NCBI RefSeq assembly: GCF_009914755.1
Contig: NC_060936.1
Source of the DNA: the human T2T-CHM13v2.0 reference genome, Homo sapiens
Reading direction: 5' to 3' (one strand)
DNA length: 64,000 nt
The notes under the pieces are model-generated. The model did no database searches. It was given only the letters and a program-made list of their open reading frames with translations, and had not been told where the DNA came from. A program made the translations under genes and the position numbers. Of the stretch, positions 14,328 to 28,408 are shown piece by piece; the first letter of the stretch is position 1, and each line of letters opens with the position of its first letter.

Positions 14328-15984
14328 TCCATTCCTCTATCTTGCACTTGGATGGAGTTTTACTAATATTATTCATTGATCATTTGAAAACTATTCACCA
14401 AGTTATGCAAATCTTCCAAATGACACATTTTATTAATAAATATTATTTTTAAAAATTACATTTACTGATTTTACTATCAGTTCTACTCAGAGAAGTATTT
14501 TAAGGATTTAGGGAGCTGTCATGCTTTCAATGACAGATACAAGTTTTTTCTAATGTTCTTAGTTTTGCTTTAAAACCCAAATGTTATTATTGCTGATAAA
14601 TACAGTTGGGCTTTTTTCTTTGAAGTGACTGGCTTACCTAGTTTATTTTTAAGAAAAGATCTTCAAAATACCCAAACGTGAATTATCAGTGTGTCTGTAG
14701 GTCATTCATTCAAGTAAAAATAGTGTTTCATGGGAAAGACTGCTAGTTGAGTTTACAGCTCAATTGCACAAGCATTTTTCCTTAACTATCCTACTTTGGC
14801 ACGCAGTAGTTGTCTTATATGTACTGCCTATTTCTTCACATGGAATATTAAGAAAAGAACCCCTATTCAAAGGTTGAGATATAATAAAGTTAATAGTTTT
14901 TACCGCTGTATCATGGGGATTCTTAAGTAAAACTGACTTTGTTTTTTACTGTAAGCATGTGATGAAGAATGCAGCGATGTTTGGTCCCATTATACTACCT
15001 TGATTTTTGTACTAAAGCATCAGAAGTTTTACTTAGCATTGCTTTTGCTCCATTGGTGCAAATGTCTGCTTATTTAAACAGTCAAATAATGTCTCATTGT
15101 TATGAAAATAGTTTTGACATTGCAAACTCCCTGAAAGGGTCTCAGAAAACCCCAGGCACCCCGCTGGACCACACTTTGAGAAACTGCTGCTCTAGTGAAC
15201 CTGTTATTTTTGGAAAGACTATAAATCAATGAGAAAGAAGTTTGGTCATGTATTTTAAACCTGTTGCAATGAGAATAAACACAAGTAGTTGAAAATTATT
15301 ATAAAACTAGTGACCAGCATTTGTATTTTCTCTGTTCTTCTGTATATGCTACCTCATTTCTTCTTAATTCATCTGTCATCTTCGCTCAGTGCTGTTTTCC
15401 ATATCATACAATGTCAGTAGGGTGTCAGTAGAGGGAATCTCCCCTCAATAGTTCCTCTCCCAAGGAATTCAATCAAACTTGATCCAAAGATACAGACATG
15501 GTTCAAATAATAAAATACGATGAGTAAGCCTACCTGTTATTCATTAATGGTCATGACTCTTTTTAGATTTACTATTTGAGTTTATATATTACTTGTGTTG
15601 TAAGGCATTTATAATGTTTTTAATGTAGTTTCAAAAATATATATTTTTACTTAACTTTTTAGTATTTTTTATTTGTTTACTAGTTAGGTACTCTAAAGTG
15701 ATTATAGTAATTTTCAGAGACCGTTTTGATCCTCAGTAGTCTTGCATATTAATCATCGATCATGTGCTGTTTTTGTAATTTACTAAAACTACATGCAAAA
15801 TGCTTCTATGAATTTAATTCTAAATTAAATTTTGGAATTTAAATCTGGAAAAAAATTTCATGATAAAAGACTTTACAGTCTTTGCAATGTATTACGCAAT
15901 GTATTTAATTTGTGTCTGTCATATTTTCTTAGTTGATAAATTAATATAACCATTTAAACTGAGGCTTCTGTTTTCTTTCTATAG

Positions 15985-16623
15985 TATCTTCAACCAATCT
16001 TGTCACTCCTCCAGCAGTTGTCAGTAGTCAACCTAAATTGCAGACTCCAGTGACTTCGGGTTCCCTCACAGCAACGTCAGTTCTTCCTGCACCCAATACA
16101 GCTACTGTAGTTGCTACTACTCAGGTGCCTAGTGGAAATCCCCAGCCTACAATCTCTTTACAGCCTTTGCCAGTGATTTTGCATGTACCTGTTGCAGTAT
16201 CCTCCCAGCCTCAGCTTCTACAGAGCCATCCAGGGACTTTGGTGACTAATCAACCATCTGGCAATGTTGAATTCATTTCTGTGCAAAGCCCACCTACAGT
16301 GAGTGGTCTTACCAAAAATCCAGTATCCTTGCCATCCTTGCCAAATCCCACTAAACCAAACAACGTTCCTTCTGTGCCCAGTCCTAGTATTCAAAGGAAC
16401 CCTACTGCCAGTGCTGCACCATTGGGAACAACACTTGCTGTGCAGGCTGTTCCAACAGCACACTCTATTGTACAAGCCACAAGGACTTCTTTACCCACAG
16501 TGGGCCCATCAGGACTCTATAGTCCATCAACTAATCGAGGTCCTATACAGATGAAAATTCCAATTTCTGCATTTAGTACTTCGTCTGCTGCAGAACAGAA
16601 CAGCAATACCACCCCAAGAATTG
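15985..16623 (+). CDS. ATF7IP: ATF7IP large Pro/Ser/Thr-rich exon (VSSTNLVTPPAVV...NTTPRI)
   Basis: Overlaps ORF 16038-16679; ttctatAG acceptor, TTG|GTAAGT donor; 639 nt, phase 1-1. Confidence 0.96.
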
Positions 16624-19520
16624 GTAAGTCACCATGTAGGTTTAATACTAGAAATGCAAGCATCTTAATAGCCTTGTAATGATTGAACTTTTTTTTTCTA
16701 AGTGGCTAGCGTTATTGGAAGTACAAAATAAATAGAATTTTCTTGATTATTTTTAGTAATTTTTTAGATACCTGAGAGAAATGATGTTGCTAAAATGGGG
16801 CTTGAGAGGGGTTTTATTTTGAATTAGAAGTTAGTATCTGTGTTTTATCTTTTAGTAATTTTCCTAAGTTTGGTGAATTTTTAATTTATGGCTTTGTGGC
16901 AAGCATTATGAGTTACTTTTATGATACATTTGCCAGCAATATCGTTTAAAACATTTTAAAGTATCAAATTTACATAATATATGCTTTTAAGAAAAAAAGA
17001 CACGTTTATGTTCCTTACCCATTTGGAAAATCCTTTGTGCACTCACTCATAGCTTCCAAATTTGAACAACTTAAAAATAAGTTTTTCTTTCACATTTGCT
17101 ATAAAATGTTTGAGTCCTTCTTGTTTTATCTTTTCCGTGTTTTCCCATATGACATATTATATGATTGTTTGTATTTTACTTAGAAATATTGCAAAAAGGA
17201 GCACTTGATTATACCTGTTTAAAATCTGCCAAACTCTGTGTCTTCCTAGTTCCTAGAAAGAGTTTGTTTTGTATGCATTCTTGAACTTGCTTATTCTTCA
17301 TTTCTGACTTCACATTTATGTGCACTACTTTTGGAAAGTCATGCAAGGGTAGGCATCATGTGTCTAGTAAAATTGCTACAGTATTTTTCTTATTGATGTT
17401 GTAAGTGACCATGTAATATAGGAAACAAATTCTAAAGTACAAAATTACTTTTATAAGTGAGATGTACAAGCCTTAGTTTTTATTTGTCATATAGCCATTA
17501 CTAGTGTAGTTACTCCCTAAGTGTTTTCTCATATAAAACAATGACGGTATTTCACAGAGTTGTTAAGAAAGTAAATGAATGGCAGATCAAAATTAATGTT
17601 GGATTGAAGCTGGATATCACTCATCATTATCATATTTATAAGAATAAACTAATGTTTTATATGAAAGTGTAATTATTATTTATAGTATTTACAATTTAAA
17701 TGTTTGCATAGTACAGGGCAAATGTTTGTTAGTGTTATCTGCTACCACATTATTTTTTGGATATTCTTTCATGTTTACAACACTAAAAGAGATGCTTACT
17801 TTTAACTGAGGTCAGTGGACATACAAGATTTTTGGGTGATAGTTTATTTTTCTGTAACTTCTTTTTCTTTTAGTTCTTAGTATTTTTTAATGTCAGATCA
17901 TTTAGTGATGGACATTGTTTTATGTGATTTTGGGTTTTCCTCCTTATGAAATTTTGAGGCAAGGTTGACATTGTTTTAAATTCATGGTCATGAGATGAGA
18001 TATATTCTTAAATAGAGAACTTTTCCTGAAAAACCATGGCTTGAAATATTTTAAGAGTATTTTGTTTAATGTCATGCTTGTACTCCAAACACTTCTAAAA
18101 GTGTCAGAATTATAATTTCATTATTCTGTTCTCTTACAATTTTTATAGAAAGGATATATTCCCCAAATTATCTGGTTGATGTACACTATTAGTAATTCAT
18201 GTCAGTCTGTTTCATTTGACTATTCTTAACTTTTTTATATAAAAGTAAGTTTTCACAATCATTAATTGGTATAGCATTCTGAGATAATGCACAATTATTT
18301 CTAAACATAAAATTGTATATTTTAACATGTACATTTATATATTTTTAATATGTAATTATATCAAGATCTTCATTTCAAGTTCCATTTAGAATGCTTACCT
18401 ACATTTGATAATGAATAAATGTGAATGACAAGCTTTGTATTTTTTTCATAATGCTAACTAAAATGAGATTTTATGAATTTGCTTATTCTTCATTTCTGAC
18501 TTTATTAATAAATTATTACTTATAATATGTTATTTGATCAGGTATAATTTCAGCAGTGCCATAAATGACGTTAAAGTAGGCATTTGGCTTTTTAGGATTC
18601 CCAAAACCTAAACTGAAACCAAACTTTGGTACATCTCTACTACATTTAGTAGTTTGTGATTAATTAATTAGGTTATATAATTAAAATTTTCTAAGCTCTA
18701 TACTTATGTGGGTATTATGTTTACTTAAAAGAACATATGCTATATGTTCATGCATTTGTATGTATTTTATTGTAGCTAAGTATATCCTTATGGATTTTAA
18801 ATCACTATTTTCTGTTTATAGTGAGGTAAATGTCCTAAGGGCTTGGAAATTTAAAGCTCAAACTATAGCTAATTTCATTCATTCACAAAGTAATGAATGT
18901 CTGTATTATCTTAGGTTCTTTAGATACACAGAAATGTATAAAATAGTCACTATGATCTCACCAAGCTTACAATCAAATAGGGAATGTGGTAATTAAATAA
19001 CTAATTAATTATAAATGTGATGAGTGTTAGAATTTGCAGGTTTTTGTGAGAGGACAAAAGAGAACATGGGAAATCTGGAAAGATATGAAGTAATGAACAG
19101 AAGAATGGGGGAAATACGGTTAAAGGGTTTTTGTAGGGGGTAATGTGACATCCATGAACCCTGGTTACAGTATGGAGAATGGTTTGGAAGGGGTAGGAAT
19201 AGTGTTAGGAAGACCAATTAAGAGGCTGGAGGCTCTTGTACTGTACAAGATGAGAGATGGTGGTATGAAAAAGATTTAAAAGTTATTTAAGAGGTAGCAT
19301 TGGCAGTACTTGGTAATTAATAAAAGTTCAGATGTGTGGAAGAGATGGAGAACTCAAAGATGACTCAGCTTTCTAAGACATTGTTAAATGCTGTTCCATT
19401 TACTAAACTAGATATTAAAAAAAGAACAGATTTGGGGGAAAGTTATATACAATCCATATACAATGTACACTCTCAGATTTCATTAAACATCTTGTTCTAA
19501 GACTATATAAAACTAGAGTT

Positions 19521-19833
19521 GGCTAGGCATGGTGGCTTATGCCTGTAATACCAGCACTTTGGGAGGCTGAGGCAGGAGGATGGCTTGAGCTCAGGAGCTC
19601 GCCACCAGCCTTGCAATATAGTGAGACCCCCATCTGTACAAAAAATAAAAAATTAGCTTGGCATGGTGATACATGCCTGCAGTCCCAGCTACCCAGGAGG
19701 CCGAAGCAGGAGGCCGAAGCAGGAGGATTGCTTGAACCCAGGAGGTCAAGGCTGCAGTGAGCCATGGTCGTGCCACTGCACTCCAGCCTGGGCAACAGAG
19801 GAGGTCCCTGTCTCAGAAAGAAAAACAAACAAA
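19521..19833 (+). mobile_element. AluJ with 13-bp internal duplication (GGAGGCCGAAGCA x2)
   Basis: Full dimer. Confidence 0.92.
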
Positions 19834-20423
19834 CGAGAGTTTAAACACAGCAATTATTTCTTCAACCATTTCTTCAAGGACATAATTAAATGAGCGAAGT
19901 GTTTGCCTTTTTTCTGTTCATACAATTATCCAGAGCTACTAAGAGATAACTGCCAGTTTAACTCCTGTAAAGTGCTTTTTAATTTTATTTACTTTTATTT
20001 GTATTTTTATGGAGACGTATTCCATATGATAGAAGGATTTTAAGCTATAATTTCTTATTTTACATCCTGACCAGTTTTGTTGCTTGATAGATGGAGTTAT
20101 AATATTTATATCCAGAAGTCATCCAAGGTAGATCTTGTAGAAGAAAGGAAAAGCAATGCAATGGAACTATAAGATGTTACATTAAGAATCAAGGGAAAAA
20201 ATCTGTAATAACGGGCAAGGAATGTTAGTTGAGAATCTAGAATAAGGAATATCATTACAGTTTTGTGAATAATTAACATAGCTCTGAGGCAATTAGGTCT
20301 AAGAGAGAATCATGCTGGGTAACAAAGAAATGTGTGTGTAACATTTTATTAAGCAGTCTAAATCTTTCTTGCATCTTTAGGAATTTTCTTATATGAAAAT
20401 GTTATGACAAAAAATAAAAATGA

Positions 20424-20750
20424 GGCCAGGTATGTTGGCTCATGCCTATAATCCCAGCACTTTGGGAGGCTGAAGCAGGTGGATCACTTGAGGCCAGAAG
20501 ATTGAGACCAGCCTGGCCAGCATGATGAAAGCAGGTCTTTACTAAGTAAACAAAAATTAGCCAGGCATGGTGGCACACACTGGTAGTCCCAGCTACTCAG
20601 GAGGCTGAGACGTGAGAATCTCGAACCTGGGAGATGGAGGTTGCAGTGAGCCAAGATTGTGCCACTGCACTCTCGCCTGGGTGACAGCAAGACTCTGTCT
20701 CAAAAAGAAAAAAAATAATAAATAAAATAAAGAATTAAAAAATAAAAATA
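20424..20750 (+). mobile_element. Alu
   Basis: Full dimer + long A-rich tail. Confidence 0.92.
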
Positions 20751-22015
20751 TAAAAGTGAAACTTCCTCATCTACTTTTTATGTAAAGTTATCTTTTATTT
20801 TGATTTGAAGATGGAAGTGTTTCAAATGCAAATGAATGTATTTTAACATTGTATATAAAAACCTTTGGTAGTAATCACTGATATTTTGGTAATATCACCT
20901 AGTGTATCTTAATACTCCACTGTGTAACATCAGTAGCCTAAAATTAGTTTTGTTAGTCTTTCAGGAACTTCATAGTCCAAAACAGATGCTCATTTGTAAT
21001 AAATGAGGTAATTTGAATATATTTTTAAATAAATAGATAATATATTAATATTCTTCTTACAAAAAGAAAGTAATTCAGATAAGGTAGGAGAAATCAAAGG
21101 GCATTCTTTTTACTTCTGTACCCTGGAATACTTCTCTTTTAACAGGTGAATATTAACCCAACTTGATTTTTTAGACATACAGACTTATATATATACATAT
21201 GGGAATACATAGGTAGTTTAACTTCCTGTATTTTTTTAAACATAAATTGTTTACTCTGTATGCATTCTGAAGATTTGCAAATGAAAGGAATGCCATAGTT
21301 TGACCAAGAGGGTTTTATCTCCAGAAAGAAAGGATGGGCTGTTTCAACATTTAAAAACTCCATGTTACCAAACAGGAAACCCTAAATAATCTCAATAGGT
21401 GCAAAAAACCTTTGATAAAATTTAATACATTCTCTCTTTTCCTCCCATTAGAAATTGGGACAAAATATACTTTGTTTATTTTCTGTGCTGTTCTGAAAGT
21501 AACATTTTTTAACTGCGAACTCATTACAAGTTAGTTGAAAAATGAACAAAGAAAGAAAAATCACCGATGATTGAACTACTGAGAAATACACATGTGTATT
21601 TTCTTGGATTTACTGCAACTGTTTCTACTGAATTTATTGGGAACATTTTTGACATACTAAATTTTTTTCTCCAAAAGAACATAGTGTGGAGGAATTATAT
21701 TTTGTTTAACTATTTCCTCATGTTAGAACATTTAAGTTATGTGTATCTTAAATTATTTCCATGAGATACTGCTTAGAGTTAAAATTGCTGGGCCAGTGGA
21801 AAGTTTTTTTTAATCTGTATTGTGATCTGTATAGTAATCTGTATGGTATCTGAAAGATACTATAGCAGTGGTCTGTGAATTTGAGTTTTTATTTATGTAT
21901 GTGACATGTTGACGGAAAAGTAGTTGGAGAAAACTACATGAATTGTTTCATATAAAGCAACTTAACTTTTTACATTTTGTAGATGTTTTTAAAAATGGCT
22001 TTTTTTACTTTTCAG

Positions 22016-22080
22016 AAAACCAGACAAACAAAACAATAGATGCTTCTGTCAGTAAGAAAGCAGCTGATAGCACATCACAG
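22016..22080 (+). CDS. ATF7IP: ATF7IP exon (ENQTNKTIDASVSKKAADSTSQ)
   Basis: ttttcAG acceptor, CAG|GTAAGA donor, 65 nt, phase 1-0. Confidence 0.93.
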
Positions 22081-23258
22081 GTAAGATTTTTCCTTCTTCT
22101 TCAAAGTAAAATCCTAATTATGGTCCACAGGAAAATGAATTTTCATCATTCTTTGATTGAATGAAAATTGTTCTATGTGTGTTTTTTATAACTATCCAAA
22201 CATTGTCTCACAGCTTCTCTGTAATGTTTGACAAGAATTGAGGTTTTTGTGTTTTGTCTTGTTTTGTTTTTGCATAACAGTTCTCTTAGAGGTAATAATT
22301 AGTTTATTCTATTAACTGACTGATTTGATTAATACAATTGACAATCCAGTCATTTGCCTTTACATACTGTAAAGATTGTCTGCAAAAAGAAAACACATGT
22401 AATTTCTTCCAGGTACATCTTTTTTAAGAGTGTCTCATTGGTTTACCTTCACTTGTACCACACTCTACCCCTACCACCTTTTTAATTTCCCCAAAGGTAA
22501 TCAGAAATACCTTTTGAGGAAGAATTTTTTGTCTGTCTGCTTGTTTACTAGCACTTTGCCAGTCTTTGTACTTTTTCATATTAAATCTTAACCACCCGGT
22601 AATAGAATAACTACTTCTTTCCTGTATTAACAGTGTTCTTCCTTGTTCTTTATGGCTTTAGGTGTAGTGAATTTATAGTGATTAGATTGTTGATAGTTTT
22701 ATTTTATTTTCTTCACTTCCTTTGAATCATTTCAAGGAGCTCATATATTCCCAGCAGAACAAAAATCTCGAGCATGTCAGGCATGAAAAAATGACAAGAA
22801 TTTTAAAACAAGGGCATCATTTGATCTTTAAATATGACTATTTTCTTTAAAAACGATGGATTTTGACCAACCTAGATGTACACCATAGTTTATAGATCAA
22901 ATAAAAGCTATTAAAAATATCTTAACTTCTTACAAATGTTAGCAGTCTTTGTGTGCAGTATTAGAGATCAGAGTTGTGATTGTTTCTGAGCATGTCTTGT
23001 GGGTTATAACTATGTTTTCAATTAAAATTATAAGATTGAGATACTTTCTGGAAGATGTATAGAAAATGTTGATATATTCAGTGATACTTAAGTGACATTT
23101 ATAGGAAGTCTAGTTAAACTTTAAACAAAGGATTTATGAACATCTCTACTTCCCTCAGTGAGTTTTTTTTTTTTTTAACAAGTAATATTTTCAAGGAAAG
23201 GAAAATGGACATTATGATGGCTGTCTTTTGTCCTTTTGTAAATGGTGGTTCTTCTAGA

Positions 23259-23447
23259 GCTGTGCTATCTAATATGATAGCCACTAGTCACATGTAGCTA
23301 TTTAAATTAAATTAAAAATTTAGTTCTTCAGTCAAAATAACCCCATTTCAAGGTTCAGTAGCTACAAATGGCTAGTGGCTAGCATATTGGACCACACAGA
23401 TACAGACTGTTTTCATCATTGCAAAAAGTTGTATTAAACTCTATTGT
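23259..23447. mobile_element. MER3-like hAT MITE
   Basis: TAGCCACTAGTCACATGTAGCTATT ... TGGCTAGTGGCTA internal inverted repeat typical of MER3/MER33. Confidence 0.7.
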
Positions 23448-23478
23448 ATAGAATATTTTGCTGAAATATAGTATATGT

Positions 23479-23783
23479 GGCTGGGCATGGTGTCTCACAC
23501 CTATAATCCTAGCACTTTGGGAGGCCGAGGCGGGCAGATCACCTGAGGTCAGGAGTTCAAGACCAGCCTGGCCAACATGGGGAAACCGCAACTCTACTAA
23601 AAAGACAAAAATTTGCCTGGTGTGGTGACGGGCACCTGTAATCCCAGCTACTTGGGAGGCTGAGGCAGGAGAATTGCTGGAACCCAGGAGGGCGGAGGTT
23701 GCAGTGAGCTGAGATCATACCACTTTACTCCAGCCTGGGTGAAAGAGCGAAACTCCATCCCATCTCAAAAAAAAAAAAAAAAA
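23479..23783 (+). mobile_element. AluS
   Basis: Full dimer; TSD GAAATATA(G/A)TATATGT. Confidence 0.94.
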
Positions 23784-23851
23784 GAAATATAATATATGTA
23801 ACATCATAAATACATAAGTGAAATTAAAATGGATATAATATAAGACACTTG

Positions 23852-24000
23852 AGGTGGGGTGTAGTGGCTCACGTCTATAATCCCGGCACTTTGGGAGGTG
23901 AAGACAGGAGGATCACTTGAGCCCAGGAGGTCGAAACCAACCTGGGCAGCAAAGTGAGACTCCGTCTCTGTAAAAAAGAAGAAACTTAAAAAAAAAAAAA
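23852..24000 (+). mobile_element. Alu monomer (FLAM-like)
   Basis: Single left arm + poly(A); TSD AAGACACTTGA. Confidence 0.85.
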
Positions 24001-24579
24001 GACACTTGAAACAGGAATTGACTTCATCAGAAAGCAAAGCAATAGTACAAATTAATATTAAGCTCTCAATAGATATTTTATTTGGCTTCAAGGAAGAGGA
24101 ATTTAATATCTGAGTATAAAAAATGCGTACAAGCAGTTTGAGCAGCTAGCCTGCTGAAGCAATGCCTTATCAAAAATAACAAAGTTTCAGTTTTGAATCA
24201 GTGTCAATTATGTATATGAATAATAAATATAATTACAGGAGTTTTATTGTGTAATAAGAAACCATAATGGAAGTCTGTATGTGCTTTCAGTTATGAAGTT
24301 ATGCTTGTCAGCCAGAATTTTTTGAAACAAATATCATTTTTGTTATTGTGATGAATACCTTTATTAATGTTACACTATTGACTAAGAAGTTGTTATCTTT
24401 TTACCCTAATGTGCACCTTGCTAGCAGATAGAAACTAGTGTGAAACAGGTAGCCTGTGATTCTTTGAATTGTCACATTTTAAGTACAATTGGCTAACTTC
24501 ATTTTTCTGTCCCAAGCCTACTTAGTTGTACTTGTTAACACTTTAAGGTTATTTAGATCAGAAGAAATCTGGATGTCTC

Positions 24580-24871
24580 AGGCCAGGTGCAGTGGCTTAC
24601 ACCTATAATCCCAGCACTTTGGGAGGCCAAGACGGGCAGATCACTTGAGGTCAGGAGTTCGAGACCAGGCTGGCCAACATGTCTCTACTAAAAATACAAA
24701 AATTAGCTGGTCGTGGTGGTGCACGCTTGTAATCCCAGCTACTTGGGAGGCTGAGGCAGGAGGATCACTTGAACCTGGGAAGAGGAGGTTGCAGGTTGCC
24801 AAGCCAAGATAATGCCACTGCATTCCAGCCTGGGTGACAGAATGAGACTGTCTCAAAAAAAAAAAAAAAAA
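24580..24871 (+). mobile_element. AluS
   Basis: Full dimer + poly(A). Confidence 0.93.
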
Positions 24872-25134
24872 ACCTTGGACATCTAGTGTGGAAATGCTTG
24901 TGAGCTGTAGTTAATTAGCAAATGATGAAATATGTAAAATACTCTTTCTGTAGTTGTTAAATGAAGATTTATCTGATATCCCCAAATAAGTATTTATTAA
25001 CATATTGCATATAATTTATTATTGTATATTTTATTACTATATATCATTTTATATAATGAATTGTTTTATATAGTGAAAAACAAATTTATTCAAATTATCA
25101 ACATAAGCTATAAAATAGTGTTGCTATCTGTAAT

Positions 25135-25695
25135 TGTTGTTTTGAAGGACTCAAGATTCACCTTTAAGTTTGCTGATTTGCTAGAAGGATTTCATAAGAC
25201 CCAGTAGTAGGTTATACTCACCATTATGATTTGTCACAGCAAAAGGTATAGAGCAAGAGCAACAGGGAAAAAAATTTGCAGAGTTGAAGTTCAGAGAGAT
25301 CAGGCAAAGACTTCCAAGTCGTCTGTCTGGGATCGCACAGAATTTGTTTTTTCTCTGGCTTATTAACCTTAGAGACATGTGCCAAGAGTCTTCCCAGAGA
25401 AGCCTGACTGAGTCTCAGGGTCTGAGGTTTTTTGGAGGTCTGGTCACATAGTGACATTTTTCTATATAAGTGGCCATGGCATTGGAAACTCAGGATCCCA
25501 ACAATGAAACCCAAGTGTACATCATCAATCTTCATTCACTGTTCAGAGTGTATATAAGAGAATTAATTGTTAACATGACTTCCAAGGGCAACGTTCTTGA
25601 TAACTAACCAAGTCTCAATTATGGGTCCAAGTTCCCTTGGAGAGATGTGCAAGGAATGAACAACCAGCTCTTCTGCGTGAACTCTTTCTTCACAT
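25135..25695 (-). mobile_element. Solo ERVL-class LTR (MER21/MER68/MER77-like)
   Basis: Resemblance to remembered consensus (GATTTGCTAGAAGGA..., ...ACTCTTTCTTCACA); subfamily uncertain. Confidence 0.5.
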
Positions 25696-26019
25696 TTGCT
25701 GAAGTGTGCCTTTCAAGTATATTCTTGTTTCATTACAAAAAAGCTACAAAGCCAATATGTTTGCTCTCTTGAAATTTTCTTAGTGTTTGCTTATTGAGAC
25801 TGGTCGTTTTGGAAAACGACACATGATTAGCTAAGTTTTTAATAAAATTTCTACTGTTATAAACTATTTGATATAATTTTTTAATGATTTCAAACTGAAG
25901 GTTTCAGTTTGTAAAAACATAAACGTGTTTCTGATTAGATTTCTCAGACAATGTTTTGTCAGGAAAAGATGTAAAGATACATGTATATGTATACATGTCT
26001 CTGTTTGTTCATTTCCACC

Positions 26020-26240
26020 TGGTGGCATAGAAATAATAAGGTCTACAGTCAGACAGCCTGGAGCCTGTCACTTAATAGTGGGTGCTTTGGCAAGTTATTG
26101 AACACCTTAGATTTTTCACTTATAAAGTAGAGCTAGAGCTAGTACTTACCACATAGAAATATTGGGAAGAGTAAATGTGTTAATGCATGTAAAGCATTTA
26201 GCACAGAGTCTAATTGGAGTAGTGCTAGCTATCATGACTA
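26020..26240 (+). mobile_element. MIR
   Basis: TTGGCAAGTTATTGAAC...TAAAGCATTTAGCACAG MIR core. Confidence 0.65.
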
Positions 26241-27039
26241 TCTTATAAATGTAGTTAATAGTTATGGAAATAATTACCAATTTTATTTGTCAAAAAAGAA
26301 AGTCTATTCAGGAAACTACTTGTAGTATATGATAATAAATTGTATCTGTCAGTTTATGATCAATAAAAATCATAATTTATCATTAGGTCATTGCTTGTAG
26401 ATCTTCTTGATCTATATAAGCATTTAATGATACACATATTCCTCTGAGCACTGCTTTGCCTGCATTCCATAAATTTTCATGTGTTGCATTTTTATTTCAT
26501 GTAGTTCCTTGTCATTTCCTTTTGGGTCCTGGGTTGTTTAGTTAGTAATTTGTTTAATTTCGTAATATTTGGGGATTTTGCAAATTTTTTATTATTGATT
26601 TTTCATTTAATGCTATTGGATTTAGAAAATATCCTCTGTATGACTTTGTTACTTTTACACAAATTAAATATGTGTTATAAAGCCCCATCTATGGTATATA
26701 TCTTAGTGAATGTACCATTACACTTGAAAAGATTATGCTGCTATTGGGTGTAATGTTTTATAAATGTCAATATAGCATGGTTAGTAGTGTAATTTGGATT
26801 ATTTGTATGTTTACTGATTATTGCCTTTTGCTGTAGTGGTTTTATCTATTACTAAGAGTGGTATGATTGTGAATCGATTTCTTCCTTTAATTTTGTCAGT
26901 TTTGCTTCATAGGTTTTGACACTGTATTACATGGTGTTTTTTATGTATAATTTGTAATCTTGCCATACTTTTATCATTATAAAGTTTCCCTCTTTGTCTC
27001 TCTGACATTAACATAGTTACAGCAGCATTTTTTTTTAAC

Positions 27040-27354
27040 TCTTAAAGAAAAAAGTTTAATTGAGTCACAGTTCCACAGGGCTTGGGAGGCCTCAGGAAAC
27101 TTATAGTCATGGCACAAGGGGAAGCAAACCTGTCCTTCTTCACATAAGGGCAGGGAGGAAAGAATGAGAGCAGAGCAAAGCGGGAAGCCCCTTACAAAAC
27201 CATCAGATCTTGTGAGAACTTACTATGAGAATAGCATGGGGGAAACTGCCCCCATGATTCAGTTACCTCCCACCCAGTCCCTCCCACCACACATGGAAAT
27301 TATCAGAACTACAATTCAAGATGACATTTGGGTGGAGACATAGCCAAACCATAT
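27040..27354 (-). mobile_element. THE1 (MaLR) LTR lacking U5
   Basis: Minus strand ATATGGTTTGGCT...GAGGCCTCCCAAGCC...TCAATTAAAC; stops at the poly(A) site. Confidence 0.85.
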
Positions 27355-28323
27355 AAGGAGGTAGGACCCTGTATTCATTATCTTGCTACTTTTCTAAGTT
27401 ACCTGTGTGTATAGAGTTTAAGAAATGATCATTGGAAAAAGGCAATGATGCTCTTGGAGGAATGCAGATCTAACAATTGAATGTTTAAAACCAATATTCC
27501 ATGTATATTGTATTAAAAGCCTTTAGAATAAAAGTATCTATCCATATTTATTTTTTAAAGCCAAAGTGTATATTAGTGCCACATATATCGTATAGCCTTA
27601 TAGTGTAGTATTTTAAGGACATCTTAACTGCCCTCTAATGCCTTGAAATCTGGCTACATATCTGACTTATTACCCTGCCCCTAATTAGTAGTGTTTTATG
27701 CTAAGTAAGCATCCTTATCTATTGAATAAATGCTAATAGTAAATGATGAGACAAAAGTTGCCATCAAGTTGCGTTTTTATGAAAAAAATGTGGTTATGAA
27801 AAGCATGAAAAAGCATGATTTTCATTTATAAATTAGTCACACATTTCTTTGTTATTTAGAAAATAAAAATTATACTAATTAGCAATCATTTATCAGCACC
27901 AAGTGAATATTCTGTCAACTGTTTGACCTTGTAGTTGCTATTGCCCAGCTTGAATGTGTGTAGGGATGTAGGTATATACGCATACCTATTTTCCCACCTG
28001 CACCCCACCAGTAACTTTTGTTGCCCTTTCTTTCCTGAAACCACCCTGGTCCAGATCTTTCCCATTTTTCTTCACCTTGACTTCTTAATAACATTCAGCA
28101 CCACTCAGTCTCCTTCCTTTTTGAAACATTAGTTTCTCTTGGTTTCCATGCCATTCACATGCTTTTGATTTTCCTCTACATCTCTTCTTGGGAGATCTCA
28201 TTCACTCCTGGGATTCAGTTACTGCATATATTCTTATGTCTGGCATATTTAAACCTCTAGTTCAAATCTCTGTTCATCTTCAGTCATCCATATATGTATA
28301 TGAATGTATGCACACACACACAC

Positions 28324-28408
28324 TATATTAATCTCTTCTCACATTGCTAAAATGAAATACCTGAGACTCAGTGATTTACAAAGACGAGGTTTAATTGGCT
28401 CATGGTTC
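28324..28408 (-). mobile_element. MST/THE1 LTR 3' fragment
   Basis: Minus strand AGAACCATGAGCCAATTAAACC...GCAATGTGAGAAGAGATTAATA. Confidence 0.75.

Larger units (their letters stand above)
13120..15189. mobile_element. Charlie1-type hAT DNA transposon with two nested Alus
   Basis: Degenerate TIRs TAGTAGTTCACAAA / TTTGAGAAACTGCTG; 8-bp TSD CTCTATTG (13112-19) and CTCTAGTG (15190-97). Confidence 0.82.
27033..28408 (-). mobile_element. TSD-flanked retrocopy of a non-coding RNA (MST/THE1 piece + unique/L2-like sequence + THE1 U3-R + short poly(A))
   Basis: Perfect 15-bp TSD TACAGCAGCATTTTT (27018-32 and 28409-23); ATTAAA (27055-60, minus) 18 nt before the A-tract. Confidence 0.78.

Noticed and set aside
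16218-16554. Antisense and alternative-frame ORFs over the large ATF7IP exon
   Set aside because: Shadow ORFs of the real coding exon
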